From contig JBBIML010000009.1 of NCBI GenBank assembly GCA_037444405.1, positions 64,001-128,000 on the forward strand: a stretch of DNA of 64,000 bases. Direction: 5' to 3'. A program made the translations under genes and the position numbers. Position 1 is the stretch's first letter, and the number at the start of each line of letters is the position of its first letter. The notes beneath the pieces were generated by a model. The model was not told the DNA's origin. It worked only from the letters and a program-made list of their open reading frames with translations, and ran no database searches. Below, piece after piece: positions 58,042 to 64,000 of the stretch. Source of the DNA: Armatimonadota bacterium. GTDB lineage: Bacteria > Armatimonadota > Fimbriimonadia > Fimbriimonadales > GBS-DC.

Positions 58042-58800
58042 CTACGGGAAGCACCGCTGCCAGATCAGCACCTGGTCCAGCCAGAGACCGTTCGGGCACA
58101 GATAGCTCAGCCATATCTGCACACAGAAGCCCTGCGGATTGTTGGGGTTGGGTCCGATCTTGATGGCGATGTCGTTGCGCGTACCCGGGATGGGGATTCG
58201 GATCACCCGGTGCGCAGCCGCGGGCAGATTCGCAGCAACAAGTCGCCCCGTGCGTGCATCCAGCAGGTCCGTCAGCCACTCATTTCCACCATCGGGCGAG
58301 CGCATGCGTACCAGGTAGAAGCCCTCAGAGATGGGTTCCCCGGTAGGAGCAAAGCCCTGTGGGAGATACACCGCGCCCACGATCAGCCCCTCCGCGATTT
58401 GCGGCACCTCAAACTGCCAGAAGTCTTCCCGTGTGTTCCATGCCACAAACACATCGAAGAAGGAGTCGGCAGTTGTCGGGCGTGTGCTGGCGAAGGCAGC
58501 CGTGCTACCGTCAAACGGCACGGTGGGTGCGGCCGGGAAGCGTGTCGGGAACGCCTGTGGCAGGCGCGCTCGCAGCAGATGGTTGAGATCGGGCACGGTC
58601 GGTCGTGTCTCGGTGCCGAAGCAGAACAACACAGCCAGCAAGTCGGCATCGTCCACCACGCCATCGCCGTTCACATCTGCCGGGACGCATTCCTGCTGCG
58701 CATGTAGCACAGCGGTCACCACCGTGAAACACAGAGTGATGCTGATCGCCAGCCCCAGCAGGCGACGAATCCAGGGTCGGGACGAACCGCGCGGGTTCAT
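58042..58800 (-). CDS. secreted protein with a single N-terminal dockerin-like repeat
   Basis: Signal peptide, then ECVPADVNGDGVVDDADLLAVLFCFG. Confidence 0.7.
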   Translation of the reverse strand: MNPRGSSRPWIRRLLGLAISITLCFTVVTAVLHAQQECVPADVNGDGVVDDADLLAVLFCFGTETRPTVPDLNHLLRARLPQAFPTRFPAAPTVPFDGSTAAFASTRPTTADSFFDVFVAWNTREDFWQFEVPQIAEGLIVGAVYLPQGFAPTGEPISEGFYLVRMRSPDGGNEWLTDLLDARTGRLVAANLPAAAHRVIRIPIPGTRNDIAIKIGPNPNNPQGFCVQIWLSYLCPNGLWLDQVLIWQRCFP

Positions 58801-58994
58801 CGATGCTTCAACAGATTGATGGCTCTGCGCGGAGCCGTTGCTGCCGTCATGCAGTGCGCCTGAGCGCACATCGGTCCACTCCGTCGTTGTGTAGCGCATT
58901 GTTTTGGTGCCTCATGATGCTTAATGCGGCACGACACCCAATTGTACCCGGGATTTTGCGCAAAAAGCAAGTTTTTGGGAATTTTGTGCGAAAA

Positions 58995-59438
58995 TCAGGT
59001 TTCTGACTCGCGGATAGCTTGAGAGGCGGTGCGCAGCAGCCCGTTCACGAAGCGTCCCGATTCGGCGGTGCTGTATTTTTTGGCTAACTCCACCGCCTCG
59101 TTCACAATCACGCGGCTGGGCACATTCGGCTTATAGCGCAGCTCGTAAATCGCCATGCGCAGGATGTTGCGGTCAATCACGGGCATGCGGTCGATGGTCC
59201 AGCCGCGCGCGAACTGCTCGATGAGCGGGTCCAGCTCGGTGGCTTGATAGGTCAGCACGCCCTCCACCAGCTCGCGCATGTAGCGGGCGATGCCCGGCTC
59301 CAGCTGGGCGACCTCCAGCACCTCTTCGATGACGGTCTGCGGCTCGCCGCGCCCCACCTCGATCTGATAGAGGGCGCGCAAAGCCCATTCGCGCGCCAGC
59401 CGACGCGGGGAGACCTCACGGGGCGAATCGGCGCTCAT
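58995..59438 (-). CDS. nusB: transcription antitermination factor NusB
   Basis: RRLAREWALRALYQ, IDRNILR, NEAVELAKKY, FVNGLL. Confidence 0.95.
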   Translation of the reverse strand: MSADSPREVSPRRLAREWALRALYQIEVGRGEPQTVIEEVLEVAQLEPGIARYMRELVEGVLTYQATELDPLIEQFARGWTIDRMPVIDRNILRMAIYELRYKPNVPSRVIVNEAVELAKKYSTAESGRFVNGLLRTASQAIRESET

Positions 59439-60808
59439 CGCACGCCACCTCCAGTGGGCACATAGCCGCGCAGCAATCGGGGCACGAACAGCGTCGACAC
59501 GCGCCCCTCCTGATATTCGGGCGTCTGAATGAGGCGCAGCAGGAAATCGCGCGTGGTCTGCACGCCCGCGATGCGCACCTCGTGCAGCGCGCGCGTCAGC
59601 CGCGCCACCGCCTCCGCGCGCGTGGGCGCATGCACAATAATCTTCGCCAGCAAGGGGTCATAGTAGGGCGGGACGCTGTAGCCCGTGTACAGGTGGCTGT
59701 CGACGCGCACACCGGGACCGCCCGGCGGCGTCCATTCACTCAGTCGCCCGGTGGAGGGCGTGAAGTCGTGTTCGGGGATTTCGGCGGTCAGGCGCGCCTC
59801 GATCGCGTGCCCGTTCAGCGGTATCTCGCTCTGCTTGAAGGGCAGCTGCTCGCCCGCCGCGATGCGAATCTGCCACTGCACAATATCGATGCCCGTTATC
59901 TGCTCCGTCACGGGGTGCTCCACCTGCAGGCGCGTGTTCATCTCAATAAAGTAGAAGTTGCCCTCCTGATCCATCAGGAACTCGACGGTGCCGGCGTTCT
60001 GATAGCCGACGGCGCGGGCGACCCTGATCGCGGCTTCGCCCAGCGCGCGGCGGGTGCGGGCGTCCACATGGGGCGCGGGCGCCTCCTCCACCATCTTCTG
60101 GTGGCGTGGCGTCTGCAGGGAGCATTCGCGTTCGTACAGATAGAGCGTGTTGCCGTGCGAATCGGCTAACACCTGCACCTCGATATGGCGCGGTTCGGGA
60201 ATATATTTTTCCAGATAGACATCGGGCGAGCCGAAGGCGGCTTGCGCTTCGGACTGAGCGATCCGCAGCGCGGGCAGGAGTTCCTCTTCGGTGTTGACCC
60301 GTCGGATGCCGCGTCCGCCGCCACCCGCCGCCGCTTTGATGAGCAGCGGGAAGCCGATCTGGGCAGCGGCGCGGAGCGCCTCCTCTTCCGAGCGGATGGC
60401 ATCGGGCGTGCCCGGCAGCACGGGCACATTCGCCTGCTGCGCGATCTTGCGGGCTAACGCCTTGTCGCCCATCTGCGCAATCGCCGTATGGGGCGGACCG
60501 ATGAAGCGGATGCCTTGCGCCTCGCACGCCTCCGCAAAACTGCTGCGCTCCGACAGGTAGCCGTAGCCCGGATGGATTGCCTCCGCGCCCGTGATAATCG
60601 CCGCCATCAGGATGTTCGGGATATTCAGGTAGCTTTCGCTGCTGGGCGGCGCGCCGATGCAGACGGCTTCATCCGCCAGCTGCACATGCAGGGCGTCGCG
60701 GTCGGCTTCCGAATAGACCGCGACGGTGCGGATGCCCAGCTCGCGGCAGGCGCGAATGACGCGCACCGCGATCTCGCCCCGATTCGCTATCAATATCTTG
60801 CTGAACAT
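59435..60808 (-). CDS. accC: acetyl-CoA carboxylase biotin carboxylase subunit
   Basis: ANRGEIAVR, HPGYGYLSE, GGGGRG, EMNTRLQVEHPVTE. Confidence 0.95.
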   Translation of the reverse strand: MFSKILIANRGEIAVRVIRACRELGIRTVAVYSEADRDALHVQLADEAVCIGAPPSSESYLNIPNILMAAIITGAEAIHPGYGYLSERSSFAEACEAQGIRFIGPPHTAIAQMGDKALARKIAQQANVPVLPGTPDAIRSEEEALRAAAQIGFPLLIKAAAGGGGRGIRRVNTEEELLPALRIAQSEAQAAFGSPDVYLEKYIPEPRHIEVQVLADSHGNTLYLYERECSLQTPRHQKMVEEAPAPHVDARTRRALGEAAIRVARAVGYQNAGTVEFLMDQEGNFYFIEMNTRLQVEHPVTEQITGIDIVQWQIRIAAGEQLPFKQSEIPLNGHAIEARLTAEIPEHDFTPSTGRLSEWTPPGGPGVRVDSHLYTGYSVPPYYDPLLAKIIVHAPTRAEAVARLTRALHEVRIAGVQTTRDFLLRLIQTPEYQEGRVSTLFVPRLLRGYVPTGGGVR

Positions 60809-60846
60809 CGCCTGGCTCTACAGGCGAATGATACCCGCTTTTAAAA

Positions 60847-60888
60847 CCCTCTCCCCCCGCCAGCGGGGGAGAGGGTACGGGTGAGGGG
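60847..60888. repeat. CCCTCTCCC..GGGAGAGGG..GGGTGAGGG palindromic element
   Basis: Same family as 33415-33457 and 55262-55415. Confidence 0.75.
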
Positions 60889-60935
60889 CTTCACACAGGT
60901 GAAAGCCGTACCGACTTTGAACCTGGCGCTGACAA

Positions 60936-61150
60936 CTAATCGATGGGGTACCGCTTCTTCACATCGGCAATCACCGCCTCGATGAACTCTTCGGTGGTGA
61001 ACTTCGCCGTCGACCAGGAGAGCTTCTGCGTCGGCCAGACCACATTTTCGAACTGGTCCCCCGACCACTTCGGGGCGACCAGCTGCGCCACGATGTAGTT
61101 GGAGTTCAGCGCGTACTTGCAAATGCGCCTGCAGAACGGGTCGACGCCCT
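60936..61150 (-). pseudogene. probable internal gene fragment (possibly alpha/beta hydrolase)
   Basis: Coding-like stretch (VWPT..KFTTEEFIEAVIADVKKRYPID) with no good start, next to a repeat. Confidence 0.35.
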
Positions 61151-61193
61151 CTTGAAGCCGCTTTTTCACAGGTTTGCAAGAAGGAGCCACACA

Positions 61194-61547
61194 TCAATAA
61201 CTCATATGCCCTGGTGTGGTGCATTTGACGGCGCCGGTGCTGGGGTCGTATTGATAGGGCTGACCCGATACGGGGCATTTGAGCATGCTGTCGGGCAGTC
61301 CGAGTTCGTTGAGGGAGGCGGGCAGGCTCTCATCGGAACCCTGACGCATCTGGATGGCGGCTCGAATCTGGCTGAGGTTGTTGCGGCACTCCACGCTGTG
61401 CGCCGCCTGCTTCGTTTCGCTAACACGGCTCACGGGCGGTGCGCCGGGCGCATTCCCCGCACGCCCCCCCGTGCCGTAATAGAGCCACACCATCAGCAAA
61501 ATCCCCAGAATGGCAACCGCTGCCAGCACACCGACCAGTCGCATCAT
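61194..61547 (-). CDS. small membrane-anchored pilin/pseudopilin-like protein
   Basis: N-terminal TM; CRNNLSQIRAAI, PASLNEL, CP..G.PYQY..C..H; lacks GFTLIE. Confidence 0.6.
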   Translation of the reverse strand: MMRLVGVLAAVAILGILLMVWLYYGTGGRAGNAPGAPPVSRVSETKQAAHSVECRNNLSQIRAAIQMRQGSDESLPASLNELGLPDSMLKCPVSGQPYQYDPSTGAVKCTTPGHMSY

Positions 61548-63082
61548 CAGCCTCCTGCCGCCTCGCTGAGCGGTTGACCCTCCACGGGCGGAAGCAGAGG
61601 TGACGGCAGGGCAACATACGCGCTCAAGCCGTGGATACCGCCCTCGCGCCCGAAGCCGCTTTCCTTGTAGCCACCGAACGGGCTGGCAGGGTCAAACTTG
61701 TTGTAGGTGTTGCACCAGACGACGCCCGCTTTGACGCGCGAGGCGAACGCCAGATATTTGCTGCCCTTGTTCGTCCACACGCCAGCCGACAGCCCGTAGC
61801 GCGTGTTGTTGGCAATTTCGGCTGCCTCTTCGGGCGTGCGGAAGGTCAATATTGCCAGCACGGGACCGAAAATCTCCTCGCGGGCGATTGTGTGCGCCAT
61901 GCTCACACGGGTGAAGAAGGTGGGGCGGAACCAGTAGCCGCGTTCGGGCAGGGGGCAGCTGCTCTGGTGAATCTCCGCGCCCTCCTGAATGCCCACCTGC
62001 ACCAGATGCTCGATTTTGCGCAGTTGCGCCAGCGAGTTGATGGCACCCACATCGGTGTTCTTATCCAGCGGGTCGCCCACGCGCAGCAGCTCGATGCGCC
62101 GCCTGAGCTTGCGCACCACCACCTCGAAGATGCTCTCCTCCACCAGCAGGCGACTGCCCGCACAGCACACATGACCCTGATTGAAGTAGATGCCGTTCAC
62201 GATGCCTTCAATCGCCTGGTCGATGGCGGCGTCTTCGAAGATGACATTGGCGGCTTTGCCGCCCAGCTCCAGCGTGAGCCGTTTGCGCGTGCCGGCGACC
62301 GCTTTCTGAATCTTTTTGCCGACTTCGGTGCTGCCCGTGAAGGCGATTTTATCCAGATCGGGGTGTTGCACGAGCCATGCGCCCGTTTGACCGTCGCCCG
62401 TGACGATGTTGACCACGCCAGGCGGCAGCTCGGCTTGCTGGAACACCTCGCAGAGCAGGAGCGCAGTGAGCGGGGTGGTTTCGGCGGGCTTCAGCACGAC
62501 GGTGTTGCCGCAGGCGAGCGCAGGTGCAATCTTCCACGCCGCCATCAGCAGCGGGAAGTTCCACGGGATAATCTGCCCCGCGACGCCCAACGGGCGCGGC
62601 TTGCGACCCTGAAAGGCATATTCGAGCTTGTCTGCCCAGCCGGCGTGATAGAAGAAGTGCGCCGACGCCAGCGGGATGTCCACATCGCGCGATTCGCGTA
62701 TCGGCTTGCCCCCGTCCAGGCTCTCCAGCACGGCGAACTCGCGCGAGCGCTCCTGCAGAATGCGCGCGATGCGAAACAGATACTTCGCCCGCTCCTTGCC
62801 AGGCAGCTTGCTCCAGATTTTTTCATAAGCTTCGCGGGCGGCGCGCACCGCGCGGTCTATATCCTCGGGTCCCGCGTAGGCGACCTCCGCCAGCACCTCT
62901 TCGGTAGCGGGGTTGATGGTCTGGAAATATTGCCCGCTTTTCGGCTCCACGAACTCGCCGTTGATGAACAGCCCGTAGCGCGGCTTGATTTTGACGATGT
63001 TGCGGGCTTCAGGTGCCGGTGAGTAGTCCCAGCGCTGCCCGTCGCGTCGCGCCGCCCCGTTCGTTCGCTCCCGATTCGCCAT
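61547..63082 (-). CDS. aldehyde dehydrogenase
   Basis: IIPWNFP, FTGST, LELGGK, GHVCCAGS, EEIFGP. Confidence 0.95.
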   Translation of the reverse strand: MANRERTNGAARRDGQRWDYSPAPEARNIVKIKPRYGLFINGEFVEPKSGQYFQTINPATEEVLAEVAYAGPEDIDRAVRAAREAYEKIWSKLPGKERAKYLFRIARILQERSREFAVLESLDGGKPIRESRDVDIPLASAHFFYHAGWADKLEYAFQGRKPRPLGVAGQIIPWNFPLLMAAWKIAPALACGNTVVLKPAETTPLTALLLCEVFQQAELPPGVVNIVTGDGQTGAWLVQHPDLDKIAFTGSTEVGKKIQKAVAGTRKRLTLELGGKAANVIFEDAAIDQAIEGIVNGIYFNQGHVCCAGSRLLVEESIFEVVVRKLRRRIELLRVGDPLDKNTDVGAINSLAQLRKIEHLVQVGIQEGAEIHQSSCPLPERGYWFRPTFFTRVSMAHTIAREEIFGPVLAILTFRTPEEAAEIANNTRYGLSAGVWTNKGSKYLAFASRVKAGVVWCNTYNKFDPASPFGGYKESGFGREGGIHGLSAYVALPSPLLPPVEGQPLSEAAGG

Positions 63083-63087
63083 AGGGT

Positions 63088-63483
63088 TCACTCCTTCTTC
63101 GTGATTTTACCCCCTTCGCGGCTGCTGGCGTCGATCTCGTTGCGGAAGGTGGCGCGTCCGACACGCCGCTCCTTGTAATAGCGCCCGACCACGACCACCG
63201 CGTCGCCATCCCTGAGCTTGAGGTGCCCATAGGAGAAGACGGTCAGCTTCTGCCCATCCTGCTCCAGTTTGAAGGTGGTGTAGGTGTTGCCCGCGCGGGA
63301 GGTTTTCTCCTTATAGTCGCTGATTTTGCCCTCCACCTGCACCAGCTTCTTGTGGAACTTGTCGGGGTCTTTCTGGATGGCGGCGATGGTGGTGCGGATG
63401 GGCTGCTCCTCTGGTTTCTTCTGTGCCAAGATGGGCATCCCGATCAGGATGCCGAGTGCGCATGCTATCCAGTAAGCTCGCAT
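63088..63483 (-). CDS. exported OB-fold protein
   Basis: Signal peptide; VQVEGKI..YTTFKL..GDAVVVVGRY. Confidence 0.7.
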   Translation of the reverse strand: MRAYWIACALGILIGMPILAQKKPEEQPIRTTIAAIQKDPDKFHKKLVQVEGKISDYKEKTSRAGNTYTTFKLEQDGQKLTVFSYGHLKLRDGDAVVVVGRYYKERRVGRATFRNEIDASSREGGKITKKE

Positions 63484-63583
63484 CGTTGTTAACCCTCCTC
63501 ACGGGGGCGATTCGTCGCCAAGACGGCGATTCCTGCTGTTCAGGGTCTTATTTTCCCGAACGCCAAAATCTGCTTCGCGATTT

Positions 63584-63850
63584 CTATCCGGGAACGACCG
63601 TGAACGACTCGCGCCCATGCACTTTATAGATATAAAATTTGTCCATTATTACCTGCTCAACCACGGTCTCAACATCCGTTGCCTGAAGAGCGTCAGGGAT
63701 GTGGACCGAGCCGACCCAGTTGCCCAGAAACTCCAGCAGGTTCTGTGCTGGCTCCATGCTGTCCAGCACATAGAGCCTGACCCGTTTGCCCGACAGATCA
63801 GGGTGCTGCTCAATGATTTCCTGCAGAGTGCCTTCGATAATTTCAGGCAT
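63584..63850 (-). CDS. small hypothetical protein (antitoxin-like)
   Basis: AGGAG RBS; IIEGTLQEI..LSGKRVRL; lower GC. Confidence 0.5.
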   Translation of the reverse strand: MPEIIEGTLQEIIEQHPDLSGKRVRLYVLDSMEPAQNLLEFLGNWVGSVHIPDALQATDVETVVEQVIMDKFYIYKVHGRESFTVVPG

Positions 63851-63925
63851 TTCGTATTCTCCTGTGAGATTATGCCATGAGTGCGGGACTGGAACCCTCC
63901 CAGCGAAAGCAGTCCGCCTGTCAAG

Positions 63926-64000
63926 TTAGCGGAAGAGCAGGCTGCCTTCGATGAAGAGGAAGTTGCGCTGGGCGTTATCGAAGCCCCAGCCGAGTTTGAG
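63926..64000 (-). CDS. 3' end of a CDS (partial)
   Basis: Reads LKLGWGFDNAQRNFLFIEGSLLFR-stop with host-like codons. Confidence 0.5.
   Translation of the reverse strand, partial: LKLGWGFDNAQRNFLFIEGSLLFR

Overview
GC-rich bacterial chromosomal window, most likely Armatimonadota. This is inferred from repeated 'GDVNGDGxVDDADLL-FG' dockerin-like tails, prepilin/H-X9-DG proteins and kdsB. Most genes are housekeeping in scrambled order: tRNA-Cys, aspA/fumC, xylB, recN, gcvPB, orphan nuoN, ffh, yitJ-like, pyrB, kdsB, hisS, nusB, accC. The main points of interest are: (1) a tightly coupled operon of uncharacterised membrane proteins (17.1-21.1 kb) upstream of a Xaa-Pro peptidase, possibly a pseudo-symmetric transporter or membrane complex; (2) six proteins sharing a Cys-capped dockerin-like module, two of them directly downstream of prepilin-like H-X9-DG genes; (3) three candidate structured ncRNAs (about 431-641, 31502-31861, 46367-46545); (4) two small palindromic repeat families, with one copy in-frame inside apbE; (5) a sigma-factor/dockerin chimeric ORF, two frameshifted genes, and widespread GG(G)TAnnnT -10 boxes just upstream of start codons, suggesting leaderless mRNAs. 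No CRISPR array, rRNA, integrase or transposase was seen. All calls come from motif recognition by eye; no searches were run.
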